DNA of 64,000 nucleotides. Origin: the human T2T-CHM13v2.0 reference genome, Homo sapiens. The notes beneath the pieces are model-generated. The model saw only the letters and a program-made list of their open reading frames with translations. It did not search any database and had not been told where the DNA came from. The position numbers and the translations under genes were made by a program. Shown piece by piece: positions 13,335 through 29,443 of this stretch. The stretch lies in NCBI RefSeq assembly GCF_009914755.1, contig NC_060933.1, one strand, 5' to 3'. Every line of letters starts with the position of its first letter. The first letter of the stretch is position 1.

Positions 13335-13844
13335 TAACTGCCTCATAAATACTGTTAATATATTGAAAGTTTTGCCCTAGGCTTTTATTAAAGTCAACTA
13401 TATAGAAAAAGTTTCTCCTATCTTGAAATGTATTATTAAAGACATCATCCCCAATAATATTCCATATTCTCTGTTTAGGAACCCCAATTGTTTTCAAATT
13501 CAAGAATTCAGAGAAATCTACTTGTTACAAAAGAGTAGAATGGATAATGGGCACCACATCCTGAAGTGTATTTTAATAAAAATTCATGTAAGATGGTTCA
13601 AAATTTCATTAACTACTTTATATAAAAAGAAATGCCTGGGAGAATTCTGTTTCTAGCAGAGTGGCAGACTGATGCCTTGAACAACCCTCTTATTACAAAA
13701 CTGAATACTCCACATGAAAACAAATCTTTTCAAATGCATTGTTAAGCTTTGAAGAGAATAACGAAAGTTCTAAGAAACCAAAATCTAAATGAAAACACAA
13801 GTCCAGGCAGGCACTGAAAACCTAAAAAAAAAAAAAAAACTGAA

Positions 13845-14462
13845 GAGGCCAATTGTTGGCAAGCATGTGGAACAGCAGGAACTCTTTAAGCTGCTGCTGG
13901 TGGCGGAGGCCAAGCCAATGTGCTCCCAGAACACAACACAGAAGCCTCCACACTGAAGCAGAGCACAGGTGCCCTGGAGTCTCCACCCCACCCAGGGATC
14001 CTCCAGCAGAAGTGGGTGTGCCCCTGCATACCTGCAGGTCCCATATCCAGACCTACTGTTCAGGGCCATGGGATAACAGCCAAAAATAGGAAATCATTTT
14101 ACTCATCAATGGAAAAATGGTGACACAGTCATATAATGGAACTCAACAATGACGATAAATCAATGTCTGCCATAGACAAGAACATGGATGTGTTCTGTAA
14201 TACTGAACCAAAGAAGCCAGGCTAAATAGAATGTGCTGTATTTTATAGAAGTCAAAACCAGGCAGAACAAATCTACATCAGGAACTGGGAATGTAGCTAT
14301 TTTGTGGGTTGGGGCAGCAGTGCCTGGGAGAGGCCACAGGTCAAGGCTACTGCTTGGTCCAGGGTGTGGCAGCCTGGTGTGCTACAGTTCATCTAGATGC
14401 ACACTTATGATTCGGGCACTCTTCTGTATGTACATTAACATTTCAATAAAAAGCTTATTAAA
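13845..14462 (+). mobile_element. Ancient L1M(E/C) 3' end
   Basis: Diverged L1 3' motifs (gttggcaagcatgtggaacagcaggaactc; aacatggatg...aaagaagccag; ...ttcaataaaa). Confidence 0.6.
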
Positions 14463-15077
14463 ACATTAAAACTTTCAGAAAAATCCACATTGCTTCAGTA
14501 GAAAGTAGCACATTAACGTTTAAAAAATACATGTATATGGTGGGGGAAAAAATAGTTCAAAAGAGTATCCAGTGAAAAGTTTAAGAGGGAGTGATGCCAG
14601 CAAGGGGCTGATCAATAGCCCCTTGCACTCATCCCCTGACAAAGACAGCCAAAGCAGCAAACAGCTATATTTTGATGAAAGTCACTAAAGGAGAGCCCCA
14701 GAGTGCATCAAGGAGTAGAAGAAATCCAGTAGAGCCCGGAAAACAGGACGGTCACGTAAAGGAGGGAAGGAAACATCTGGCCCCCACCACCCATTCCCCC
14801 AGAGGGATCAGCCTGAAGCAGAGGGGATGTCTCCCTGCAGGGATAAGGAAGCGAGAGGGGCCCAGTAGCCCCAGCACTCCCCTCAGAGAAGGAACTGACA
14901 TTGTGCCCCACCCCCATGGACCAGCTGCTGCTGCAACGTGCCCTCCTGGACCTGGACCACTTCAGGAGCATGTCCCACCCAGGGTGAGCAGCCACCGCAC
15001 CCTTCTTCCATCCTCAGGCTTTGTTGCTCTATATCACACCCACCTAGTGGCCCACCACCCCTGAGCCGCTGTTACAC

Positions 15078-15509
15078 TGTCTTAGGCCATTTAGTGTGGC
15101 TGTAACAGAATACTTGAGACTCGGGGTAACTTATTTTATAAAAAAGGTTTATTTGGCTCACCCTGCTTGTGTCTGAAAAGTCCGAGATTGGGCAGCACAA
15201 CTGGCGAGGGTCTTGTGCTGCTTCATCTCATGGGGAAAGTGGAAGGCGAAACAGGTGTATGCAAGGGGCTCACATGGCAAGAGAGGAAACACAAGAGTCT
15301 AGGAAGCTGAACTCACTCTGATAACAATCCACTCCTGGTAACTAATCCAGTCCCATGAAAAGGCATTAATCTATTCATAAAGGATCTGCCCTGTGACCCA
15401 AATAACTCCCACTAGGCCCCACCTCCCACACCACCACATTTGGAATCAAATTTCAAATGGATGAAATTTCAAATGGCTGGTGGGAACAAATGATGTCCAC
15501 ATCACAGCA
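15078..15509 (+). mobile_element. MaLR solo LTR (MST-like)
   Basis: TG...CA termini, 5-bp TSD tacac (15073-15077 and 15510-15514), ggtttatttggctcac and aaatttcaa motifs. Confidence 0.88.
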
Positions 15510-16172
15510 TACACCCCACCTGCGGGGCCACGCTGCTGTGCCCCTCCCCTCCCAGCTGCCATTGCGCCCTGCCCCTTGGAGCCTGAGCTGACTTGGTGCC
15601 CTGCTTTCCAGGGAATCAGTGTCTTGGCCAGTCTAAGCAGTCACACCCCCCACTGCACGAGAGCTGAAGCACTGCCCTGCTTCACAGGGAATCAGTGCCT
15701 TGGCTGAGCTGAGCAGCCACACCTGCCAGGGATGAGCCAACATGGCACCCCCATATCCCAGGAAAATGGCATTGGCTGAACTGGGGTACCTTGCCCTTCA
15801 GGACAAACAACTGTAGAACCCTGCTTCCTTGGAACTGGACTAGCCCTGGAGAATCTGAGTTGCCCAGGCACCTGCCTCCCCAGGGAGAGAAGTAGTTGCT
15901 GTACTGGTCCCTGCCCCCGAGGGCTCAAGCCACAGTAGTGCTCCACCATTCTGGGGTCCTTGCTGATGCTGTGCCTGGCCTTTCAGAGACTGAGATGCTG
16001 CTGTGTCCCACCACTGCAGGGTCCAGAGTCACTATCATGTCACTCCCATGTCCAGAGTCACTCCCATCCCCTGGGAGTTTACTTCTTAAACTCTTCGCAA
16101 AAACAGAGTGAGAGGAAATAATTCCAAACACATTTTACCAGGCCAGTATCACCTTAATACCTAAGCCAAACC

Positions 16173-16175
<3 letters not shown>

Positions 16176-16220
<45 letters not shown>

Positions 16221-16221
16221 C
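16176..16221 (+). repeat. (CA)n microsatellite
   Basis: About 22 CA units with one CG interruption. Confidence 0.95.
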
Positions 16222-17153
16222 CGAACAAAAACTACAGGTCAACTTCTCCAATAAATTAAATACTGATGCAAACATCCTAAAAAAAATTTAGCAAATAGAA
16301 TTCAACAACACATCAAAAACATTATACATCGTGTTTAAGTGGGATTTATCCCTGGCATGCAAGGCTGGTTTAAAATATGTAAATCAATCAATGTGATACA
16401 TCACATTAACAAAATGAAAGATAAAATGACATGGTCACCTCAATTGATGCAGTAAAAGCATTTAACAAAGTTTAGCAACATTTCTTGATAAAACCTCTTA
16501 ATAGTTTATGTATAGAAGGAAAGTTCCTCAACATAATAAACACCATTTATGAAAAACCCACAGTCTAATCATAGTTAGTGGGGAACAACTAAAGCTTTTC
16601 CACTAAGATTGAGTACAAGATAGGGATGGCCAGCCTCATCACTTTTATTCAACAGAGTACTTGCAAGAGCAATCAGATGAGAAAAAAAAGGCAACTAAAT
16701 TAAAGAAGTAAAATTATCTCTATTTGCAGATGACAAGATCCTTTACGTAAAAAACTCCAAAGAGTCCACAAAAAACTGTGAGAACTACTAAATCAATTCA
16801 GTTAAGCTGCAAGGTATAAACTCAACATATAAAAATCAGTTGCATTTCTGTATACAAATAACCTAGCTGATGAAGCAATCAAGAAAATAATCTCATTTAC
16901 GATAGCATCAAAGAAAAACAAAAACTTAGGAATAAATTTAACCAAGAAGGTGAGAGATGTGTACACTTAAAAACCATAAAACATTGATGAAAGAAATTTA
17001 GACATGAACAAATGAAAAGACATCCTATGTTTATGGATCAGAAGAATTAATATTGTTAAAATGTTCACACTACCCAAAGCAAATATACAGATTTAACACA
17101 ATCCTCATCAAAGTTCTGATGACATTCTTCACAGAACAGAATAAAACAATCCT

Positions 17154-17544
<391 letters not shown>

Positions 17545-20500
17545 TCACACCTCTTGATTTAAAATTGTATTACAAAGCTATAGTAATCAAAACAGTATGG
17601 TGCTGGCATAAAAACAAAAAAATAGACCAATGGAACATAACAGAGACCTTTGAAATAAATCCAAACATATACTGTCAACTAATTTTTGACAAGGGCAAAC
17701 AAGACAACACAATGGTAAAAAAGATAGTATCTTCAATAATAGGATTTTCACATGCAAAAGAATAAAATTGGACCCTGATCATACACCATACACAAAAATC
17801 AACTCAAAACAGATACAAGACCAAAGACCCAAATAAGACCTGAAACCATAAAACTCCTAGAAGAAAACATAGGGGGAAAGCCTCTTGACATTGGCCTTAG
17901 CAATAATTTTTTGGATATCGCACCACAAGCCAGGCTACAAATGTAAACATAAACAAGGAGGACTGCATCAAACTAAAAAGCTTCTGCACAGCAAAGGAAC
18001 AACCAACAAAATGAAAGGGGAACCTACAGACTGGAAGAAATATTTGCAAACCACATATCTGATAAAGTGTTAATATCCAAAAATCAGTAAAGAACTCTTA
18101 CAACTTAAGAGCAGAAAAACAACCCAGTTGAAAAATGGGCCAAATAGGAAATGACCAATAGGAAATGGGGAGATGTACATTAAAATAATACAAAGTAGCA
18201 GACATGTAGGATGAACAAGTTAGAGATCTAGTGTACACCATGAGGGCAATAGTTAATAAAAATATATTGTCTTTGGGATTTTTGTTAAATAAGTAGATTT
18301 TAGCTGTTCCTGTCACACAAACAAAAATCTAACTATGTGAGATGGTAGCTATGTTAATTTGCTTCACTATAGTAACCAGTTTACTATCTATATGTATCCT
18401 TTAAGATCATGTTGTCAACCTCAAATATATAAAATAAAATTTATTTTAAAAAAGAAAAGTTTTCCTTCAATCCAGAAAGAACCACTATTACCATTTTTTG
18501 GTGTTCCATTCCAAAATATCCCACAAATATACAATTGTTCAATCAAATTTAACATTAGACTTTATACTTGAACATTCAAAGTATGTAAGAAATTATAGAA
18601 AAGTGTCTGTGTGACTCCCTGTCTGTAGAGCACAGGCTTCATCTCCACTAACACACACACGACCAGTACCTTATATAGAGAGTCCTTGTTTGTCTTTAGT
18701 CTGACACCATGGGCGAGCCTGAGTTGGCCCGTGGTCCACATTCCTGACCAGGTGTCTTTCTCACCCACTGGTTTCAACAAAGATGTTACTGGGTTATAGA
18801 AGGCTGGGATGGAAACAGGATACCAAGTTCACATGAAGACAATATCTGAAAAGAGGTAATTTACTTTAACGTTTTCAAAAGAAGATTCATATCCATATTG
18901 TGAAGAAACAAAGAACAAAATCTTCACTCCAAACTTCTCTACCTGGCTGCAAAGTATTTGAAGGGAAAGCTCGCTAAGGAAACTATTCTCATAGATCACA
19001 GAACTGTTACTGGGTGTGGCCAGGGGACTGCAGACACAAGGCAAATGGGCACACTGCATAAGACTGGGAGATCTAAGGCCGGAGCTGCTCAACTCTCTGG
19101 AGACCTGACTCCAGCCTCTCGTCACACTGGCTAGAAGTCAAGCATGAATGGTAACACCCTGCCCTGAACACTACTTAAGACACTCACCGCTCATCCGTAG
19201 CTTATCCTCAAAGCTATCCTGGAAAGCTCCTTCTGGAGCTCAGAGTGCTCTCTTGATCTGCCCCCTTATCCCACTGACAGTTCGAATCACAGCATCTTCA
19301 AATCTGGCCACTTCCAAGGCAGAATTAAACATTCCCTACAGGTATAGCAAGATAAAAACACACACACACACAAAATCATATACTTTATGCTTTACTTCTT
19401 ACTTCAAACATACATCCGTGATTAAAGAACAAAAACAACTCACTGAAGGGTGATAAAATAATCAAAATGTATTTGCCCCTGAAAGTGGAATTACTACCTC
19501 AAAAAGAATACAACTCTTTCATTTTCCCCAAAATAATCATGTGAGTTCATGGGCATGCTCATCACTGCTGTCTGTGTGGAAGAGAAGATCGAAGAGGGAT
19601 TTACTGGACTGAATTGGCCTAGGAAGCCTTTGCTGGCATCTCTCAGACTGGACTGCAGCCCAGATCCTTTTACTCAGATGCATGCACTTAGAACATGAAA
19701 ACAGTAAGATAAACGCCAGTGGTATTATTACCTTATATTGCAAGAACATTTTATGACTTCCTAACTCTGTTTTCAATAGAAACATCCCCACTAATGAAAC
19801 TGTCAATAAATGCTGCTCAAACCACCCTCCCAAAATACTGAAAAACAGTACATCCGTTTCTCTGTACCCTTGCCAAGTTGTCTGCAAATGCTTTGTCGAT
19901 TTTTCTACTGAGTTAGACAAACTTGTGATTTTTTTCCCTTTCTTAACACCAATTTAAAAAGTAGGAAACAAAACCTAGTGGATAAAATGACATATTTTCA
20001 ATATGAGTTCTGTGGCAGTCTCACATGGAAGTCAGGAGTAACAGCCTCAATTCCTAAATAGCTGTTTACCACTGCTTTTTTGCGCATATTTAAGTAATAC
20101 AGAATATAAAGGAGCAAACAAAATATGAAGTTTATAAAAGATTTCAAACACTTTTCTAAAAATAAGAGGCCCACATTTTAGAGGTATTTCATTCCTTTTC
20201 TCAAACAATATGGACATTTATAAATATGAGAATATATAGATATACAGACCTTAATAAATGAAGTGTTCTTGAAAATTTTATATGGAAAACCAGTTAGCTT
20301 TAATTTCTTCACAATTTTTATGGATTTATCCAGATCAAGGACAACTCCTGTGGCAGCTATCCGAAAATCAGGCTAACAGGAGCCCCAAAATTTGAAAATA
20401 GGAATAATATTAGCAAGAGAAAAACTTCAATTCTATGTGACACAATAAATTACCAAAGTGAATTTTACTTACAATTAGTTAAGAAAAACAAGAGAGACCA

Positions 20501-20547
20501 TCTGAACTTGCAACCCATTGGTTTGACAAAAGCAATCCAAAACTTTA

Positions 20548-20947
<400 letters not shown>

Positions 20948-21039
20948 TTACTATAATGATTTATTTGGAACGAAATGGAAAAGAAAAATACAGTTGCAAT
21001 GTTTAGGAAATTAAAATTTGGACCTCCAGGGAAGATTCC

Positions 21040-21250
21040 ATCTGCTCATTATTCTGCTTTCTTCTCTGTTAAATGGGACCAGTAAACCCTGCCCTGCCTG
21101 ACTGGTCAAATGAAAATGGAGTGAACAGACTGCTACCCCAGCACAGCTGCAGGGAGTCTTGTGTCTGGGTGGTCTCTGACGGCTCCTCATAACCTCATAT
21201 AGTGCTTAGCACATGGTGAGCACTGCTTAAATACTTGCTTGGATAAATAA
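21040..21250 (+). mobile_element. MIR/L2 fragments
   Basis: ctctgttaaatggg... and gtgcttagcacatggtgagcactgcttaaatacttg motifs. Confidence 0.5.
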
Positions 21251-22389
21251 ATGCAAAAGATGCATAAAAATAGGAAATGTACCATTATAATTCTTCCACC
21301 TCCCCTCCTCTAATCCCACACCCTACTGAAAAGGATGTACGAAGATTAAAAGCAAAGGTAAATTTACTTTATATTAATAAAAATGAGTAATTTTCAACTT
21401 AAAGTCTCATGTACATAATAACCCACATTCAGGATATATTTCTCAAACCAATCTGTAAAAGAAATCGTCCAAGATAGTTACCATTATGCCACTGACAGAC
21501 TGTATTGCCAAGAAACCAGTTCCCTGTGGAGTGATAGGGTCTTAAAGGAAAAGGAAAAAAAGAAATATAGCAAACCAGAAATTTTAGATTCTAGTTTAAC
21601 ATACTGGATATGGACACTTAGATTTGGATATAGATGTACATATATACTCCAAACCACCTCCCCGCTCCCAGAAAAGAGAAACATCTTAGGAGTGGAATTT
21701 TATGAAAGGAAAAGCACAAAGCTAAAATAACACAGCCTGTAAAGTTTAATCTCGGCAATAGGCAAGTTATTGTAATCATATTTTACCCCAAAAGGCGGCT
21801 CCACAATGGATATGCTGTGGCGTATACTTTAGAAGCCTTTGTCTTCCATTGTGGTCTTCGATATAATAGAGCAGGATGGTCTGAAACCTCCTCCACCCTA
21901 CAGAAAATATGATTGGATCTTGGGACTTGAGGATTTTCTTATACCAGAGATGTTTCTTCAGACGCCTCTGAGGGGGATGAGAGGGTAAGATGATTGATGG
22001 AGGGGAAATCCACAGAGCCTCAGGCACCAAATACGCAGCAAAGGGACCCACCTGCACATGTCCAACATTTCCCTCACTGTTGCCCAAGCCACCCAGGATA
22101 ATGGGGTAATGGGGGTCAAAGTTCTGCACAAATTCACAGGGAACATTTTCAATCTCAACGCGGACATACATCCCAGGTCGAAAACCCTCATACTGAACTC
22201 TGGCTTCATCATCTTGATCTTCAAATTCTACGTGATTCAGCTGTACATGATGGGGTTGGGGGGGGGGGAACCTGTATGCTGTTATTTGTAATAAACATAG
22301 GATTAACATGAACAAATGAGCAATTTCTAAGTAAAGGAACTGTGGACAGAATTATGTAGGCTTTATCCTATTAAAAATACTACACATTT

Positions 22390-22695
22390 GGCCGGGTACA
22401 GTGGCTCATGCCTGTAATCCAGCACTTTGGGAGGCCGAGGCGGGCAGATCACATGAGGTCAGGAGTTTGAAACCAGCCTCGCCAACATGGTGAAACCCTG
22501 TCTCTACTAAAAATACCAAAATCAGCTGGGCATGGTGGTGCGTGCCTGTAGTCCCAACTACTCAGGAGGCAGAGGTGAGAGAATCGCTTGAACCTGGGAG
22601 ACGGAGGTTGCAGTGAGTCAAGATCGTGCCACTGCACTCCAGCCTGGGCAATAGAGCGAGATTCCATCTCAAAAAACAAAAAAACAAAAAAAACC
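22390..22695 (+). mobile_element. Alu (AluS-type), intronic
   Basis: Full body; TSD ctacacattt. Confidence 0.95.
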
Positions 22696-22829
22696 CTACA
22701 CATTTTACCTCTACAGTCTGTTCAGAATATGTCCCAACCATTTTCTTCTCTCCTGCTCCAAGGGACAGCAAATGTAGATAACTGTGGAGCCCTGCGTGCT
22801 CAAACATTGGAAACATCCCCAGTCCACAC

Positions 22830-24185
22830 TTTCTTTCCTTCCTCTCCAAATAATTCTTTCACACTTTTCCCTTGTCTTCAAACACCCACCACCACCCTCA
22901 CCTTCACTCAGCTGATGGCTGTTTCCTGATTCACTCCAAAACCAAAAGAACCTCTACGGTCAACCCTATACCAGGGTTTCCTCCCATATCCAGCCTTATC
23001 AGAGCTCTGACCTGCCCCATAGAGGAGCTATGTGTGGCTATTTAAATTAAAATTAATTACAATTACATAATATTTAAAATGCAGTTCCTCAATCACACTA
23101 GTCACACTGGAAGTGGTCCATATCAACCTGTGGCCAGTGTTACAATATTGGGAAGCACAGATGTGCATCTCCATGATCACAGAAAGTTCTACGGGCAGCT
23201 CAGGCACAGATGATTTGTCCATGCCTCTACTCAGGGCCACACATCACTTGCTCACTAGACACCATCCACTCTTCCTGGACTTTATTCCAACAGCTCTTCC
23301 CTCTGTTCTCTCTCTCATCTCAAAACCTTTTGATTCCACTTCTTCCACCAAAAACTGCTTCATTTCTCTGCTTCTCTCTGCAGCAAAACCCCACAAAAGT
23401 TTTCCACAGTTGCAGCCTCCAGTTCCTCTGCTCCCATTCTCCTACATCCATGAAAATTGGTGCTTGCCAAGATCGCTGAAGGCCTCCACGCTGAAGGACT
23501 CCTCCGGTGGTCAACTCTGCCTTTACCATAGTTAACACTGCAGCGGGATCTGAACAGTGTTTCGCCTCCGTGTACAACTGGACTCCTGCGTGCCTGCAGG
23601 CTCACACTGCTTCTCCCTCTCCCTCCTAGGCACTGCTCAGGCCTCACGGCCGCAATCGCCCCATCTCGCCCATGCCAGTCTTGCTCCTCCCAGTCACTCT
23701 GCACTCACTCCCCGGCCACCTCACAGAGTTAAGTGGCATCTACATGCTGAGGGCTGTACATCTAAGTCCCTGGCCAGACCTGTCTCTCCAGACTTGACAC
23801 TCCGCTTGTCTGCATGATACCCAGCCGAAACAAACATCATCTTCCCAAAACTGCATCTGCAGACAGTTTCCTATCTAACCTGCAACAACCCATCCTTCCA
23901 GGAACTTCCAGTAGCCATCCTCATTTCCTCTCACACACCCCACATTCAGTCCACCAGGAAATCCTACTGACCCAGCTTCCAAATAAACTCTATCCGGGTT
24001 TGACTCTTTGTCTCATCTCCACTGCCAGCCCTCTGGTTTGTGCCACCAGACTGATCTCTACCGGACTGACGTCTTGGCAGAGTGATCTGATTACCTGAAT
24101 GTCTCTCCTCTGCTCAAAACCCTCCAAGGACTCCCATTTCAGAGTGAAACATTCAGTCTTTTCCAATGGCCCACAAGGCTCTAGG
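22830..24185 (+). mobile_element. L2 fragment, interrupted by a MER element
   Basis: C/T-rich L2-like sequence ending ctctgctcaaaaccctccaaggactcccatt...aatggcccacaaggc. Confidence 0.65.
23000..23205. mobile_element. MER3/MER33-like hAT-Charlie DNA transposon
   Basis: atgtgtggctatttaaattaaaattaatta...cagttcctcaatcacactagtcaca...atcacagaaagttcta. Confidence 0.7.
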
Positions 24186-26080
24186 TAATTTTAAATTGTA
24201 AATGGTGTGAAGCAGAAACTTCAGAGTTAGCCTAGTCATGCCTTTCAAAGGTCAACACAGACTAGCAACCACTAAGCTAATGCCTAATCAGGAAACAGTC
24301 CTTTGACTAGATGAAGATCTACGATGAAACTCCGTTTCACAAATCATATAACTAATCTGTTCCACCTTACACAGGCACTCCTGGCCTCACTAACAAGATG
24401 CAACTCAGATGCTCACCATCAACTGTACACGTTTCTGTGTCTGTCTCCTTCAGAGTGAGATCACCGCCTCCAGCAACCTGCTCAGCACCCCCAGGCAGGA
24501 GGGCCACACCATCTCCCTTTATCTCCACATCTGACCTTATACTCCACATGTCCTTCTGAACTCTGACCAGGATGAGTTTTCAGAGCACTTCCCCTGGGAG
24601 CTCTGCTGTGTCCATAAGCCACACGGGCCACTGATCACCTGCCATTCAAATCAGGGAGCAGCGATCGGAATAGGCAGCATTGGCTTGCACTGAAATAAAC
24701 ACACTGTCTCAGATCACTACATTGTAAAAGTGTCAAAAGTAGAGACCATGTCTCAGTCACTTCGGTTTCCTAATTCTTGTTACAAAACAGGTATGGATCT
24801 TTTTCTGGTGATCTTCTGACTGTAGAAACAATGAGCTCACTGCATGAATAAACACACTCACATGCATCTACCCAGAAGTCCCAATGAAAGGCACAGAAGC
24901 AGGATAGGAAGCAGGGACCCAAAGAAAGTCAGGGATTCCTGCACTATGTGATAGTCTTGACAAGGGGCTGAGAGGAACTGAGGTTTCTCACCTGTGCTTC
25001 TTTCTGCATTTCTCCTTTAAGATCATCAAAATATGTGCTTTCTCCTTCATCATATTCTGCATCAAACATCTCCTTCAATTTTCTCTTCTTATCCAAATGC
25101 TTTTTCTTGGCACTTTCTTCTTCGTCGGGGTCAATTTCTTCCTTGTTTCTCTATATCTTCATTCTTAAATTTCCAGAAGAAAAAATTTTGTGTATGTTTA
25201 TGAAGGTCTTTTCTTTAAACATTACATTTTTTAAAGTTCTATTTAAACAAAAATCTTAGCAAAAATCTGTTATCATTATCAATAAAACAAAACAAAACAC
25301 AACATAACCTTTGTCTCTGAATAACATGGTACTGCTACAGGAAATTGTTACATCTGCATTACAATTAGCTGCTATTCCTTAAGCTGGCTGGGAACACAAA
25401 CTAGAATAAAAATAACAGACATGTCCCTCACCCAGATGCTCCCAGACCCTGTTCTAAAGAAATATTAGGGAGAACAGGGACTTCATTCTTTTAAATGACA
25501 CTTAAATTTAAAAAGAGGAGAATGATGGCAATGGTTGAATGTAAGTCTGAGAAGCTAAGACTTCTGTGAGTGAAAAATCACAGTGGTCTTGGCAAATGAC
25601 TATGGCAAGAAACGGTAGTAACTGTCGTCCAAAACTTAATAAGTAAACAAGAAAGCTTCTCTTTGGTCCCCACATCCCCACCCTTTAGGAAGGAATCTAT
25701 CCATCCAGTCTGCAATCTTCACACATCACAAGTAAGATTTGCATTTCTCAATGTGGGCCTCTCTCAGAACACAAGGACCAAGAACAGCCAGCTACGACAA
25801 AGTCATACCTGAGTGTCGGGGCCCAATTTTCCCTTGTGCACGTCCCGTTTCCAAGTCTTCAAAGTCACCGTAGAGCTCCTCTGGGAAAAGAACACCCAAA
25901 GGCTGCTCTGTGAGCCAGGCATGCATGTGCTGCTGGCCCCACCCACGACAGGCCCACAGTGCGCTCCGCGTTCCAAGCCTCATTCTTACTGTTCCCGTCA
26001 CTAGACACACAGGCAAAACTTTGCACTAGGGAATGCTTCGTAAAACAGTTAGTATTTCATCATCTGTTTAGGTAAACTAA

Positions 26081-26464
<384 letters not shown>

Positions 26465-26782
26465 AATGGACACTTTTTATGAAAGACACAGAGGTCTATC
26501 TGTGTCCCCCAAATGAATAATTCAAAGAGTGAATGGAAAAGTCCCATGCTGATAACCAGCACATGTGAAAAGGAGTCTCAATGTAAGTTCAACACAACAC
26601 AATCGTGTAACACACCTAGGGGAAATTTTAGATCATATAAAACATAGCATTTAGATTAACAGTAGAGCCCCAAACCACACCAAACCCATGGGAAAAGCTT
26701 ATTCACTCATTCATTCCTTCATTTGTTTTTGGAGCTCTGGGTTCAATTATAGTTCCCACTCTTAAAAGAAATAGACAAGTAA

Positions 26783-26920
26783 GGCTGGGTGCAGTGGCTC
26801 ACACCTGTAAACCCAGCACTTTGGGGGCCCGGGAGGCAGAGGTTGCAGTGAGCCATAATTGTGTTGCTGAACTCCAGCCTGGGTGACAAAGTGAGACCCT
26901 GTCTCAAAAAAAGGAAAACA
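26783..26920 (+). mobile_element. Alu with large internal deletion
   Basis: 5' end (…cccagcactttgggggcc) joined directly to cgggaggcagaggttgcagtgagcc and tail. Confidence 0.85.
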
Positions 26921-29443
26921 AAAGAAAGAGGCAAGTTAAAACTCATTTGGGAGAGCAATGTTTAGAAGGCTATTAAAACATTTTCACATAAGGGCCAAAG
27001 AACCAGGTAGACATTATAAAAGATAGGAAGCTCCTATTTGTAATAAAAGCAAAAAAGGATAAAATAGGAATAAACCTAACAAGAAGTGCACCAGAACTTT
27101 ATTTATTTAAAAAAGAAGAAAAGCTTTGATATGCTACCAAAGGACAAAAGGAATAGCATCACTACCAACACTCGTAAGTGCTCTCCACACCAGGCACTGT
27201 GTTAAGTACTTTCCTTGCCTTAACCACATTCTTCAACCCAAGGAAGTAGGTGTTGTAAATATTATATACTGAATAATGGTATGTCCTCATTTGAAAAGGA
27301 AGACTCGACATCACAAATACGCCAATTCTCCCTTTAGCACAGTTACAACCCGAAACCACCACTAAGGATTTCTGGTCTAAAGAAGATAACACATTATACC
27401 CTCCTAAGAAATGTAACCCAAACTCTAGAAATAATAGACAGGAGATGATCAATGGAGAATTCCGAAAGGTGGACAGAAAAAGGCTGCTGAGGGACTCTAG
27501 GACTAGGGAATGCATAGTGTCCAGGTGTCTCCCTGGACCTCATCCAATAGGAAGGTGACCCAAGCCCAGAGTTTCCCAACTCCCAACGTAGCAATAGAAG
27601 GCAACCCAGGCAGACTCAGTCCCCGCAGATCAAAGGAGATCATCCCCACAACAAGAAAACCAGCTCCACACACCAAGACAACCACCATTCCCCACCCACC
27701 TAGCTGCAGCAGGTGGCCCAGCCTGGGGCAGCTCCCCTGTTCCCTCAGGTGGGCAACAGCAGGGACTGGTGGGAGAATCCCAGTGATACATATTAGCCAA
27801 ACAGACCAAAATAACACCATGAAGCCTCTGAAATTAAATTGCCATTGGAATCACAGCCCACAAAGTAGACCAAGACCTACAGACTAAACCTAAACAGGAG
27901 GACTGCCTGCAAAAATAAAAAAAATTACATAGGCAGATGTTGGAACCACCTGACTCATCACTTATAACAGTCAGTATAAAAATGCTTCAACAAGCAACTA
28001 CAAATCCTATGGCAACAATCAAAGAACTGAAAACGTCAGCAAAGAAACTGAAGAAGAATCAAATGGAAATTACACAAATATAAAATACTGTAACAGAAAT
28101 ATAAAAAAAATCTAACTGGATAGGCTCTATTGAGTAAAAGTGGAGACGACAGAGGAGAGAATCAGAGAAGCTGAAACCTGATCAACAGAATTCACCCAGT
28201 CTAAACAACAGAGAGAAAATAACCTGAAAACAAATGAACAGAGCTGCACGGACCTGTGGGACGATAACAAAAGACCCCGCATTTATGTTATCTGAGTCCC
28301 ACAGGAGACCAGAGCTGCGAAAGCATGCAAATAACTAATTCCTGAGGCTTCCCACATTTGGTGAAAGATATAAACTTACAGATTCAAGAAGCTGAGCAAA
28401 CCTCAAAGTATCCCAAAAGAAAGCAACACTGATTAAACTTTCAAAACTAAAAACAAAGAGCAAAAATGGCAGAATGCCTGTAGGGACATGCCAACTCAAA
28501 TGCCATGGAGGCCAGAAGGAAGTGGCACAACATTTTCAAGTGCTTAAAAAAAAACAACCAAACGAAAAAACCGTTGGCTGCAAATTCTATATCCCATGAA
28601 ACTACCCTTCAGAAATGAAGAGAGAAATAAAGACATTCTCAGAGGAAGAAAATATAGGAATTTGTCACTGGTCAATTTAGAAATGCTAAAAAGTGGCTAC
28701 AGAAATATGTTCTGTCATTTCCACAATACAAAAAATTAAAACAAACAAATCAAAATAAAAAAATGGCTACAGAAAGTTCTTATGCAGCAGGGATGAATAT
28801 GGGACTATGGGAGGGGGGACAAAGGAAAGACCAGAAATGTGGATACATACACGAGACAATCCACAGTTCTTAAAATCACATTTGACCACTGAAACAAAAA
28901 CTATACCACCACGTACTACTCAAGCCAGTGATTTATACAAGTGGAAAAGGTAAAGAGACATAAATGCAAGGCAGGTTTCCACACTTTGAAGTGGTAAATA
29001 CTGGTGCCAGTAGACTACTATATTACAATACACATATTGTAACATCCAGAGCAAACACTTTAAGACTATACAAAGAGATACACGCAACAACATTATACAG
29101 AAATAGATCAAGATGGAGGGAAAGAAAACGGAAACAAAAAAGCAAATAATAAAAACATCAGACATAAGCAATTATGTAACAATAAGCACCTTAAATGTAA
29201 ATGGTCTAAATAAACCAAAAGACAGATTGATGGAGAGCCTATAATAAACACATGGTCCAACTAAATACTGTTCATAAGAAACTTCAAACTCACTTAAGGA
29301 CCTAAGTAGGTTGAAAGTAAAAGAATGGAGAAAGATATCCTGTGAAATCATTAATTTTTTAAGGAAGCAGGAGTGAATATATTAATATCTCATGAAGTAG
29401 ACTTCAAGCAAAATAATTTACCAGAGCTGGAGAGGATCTTCAC

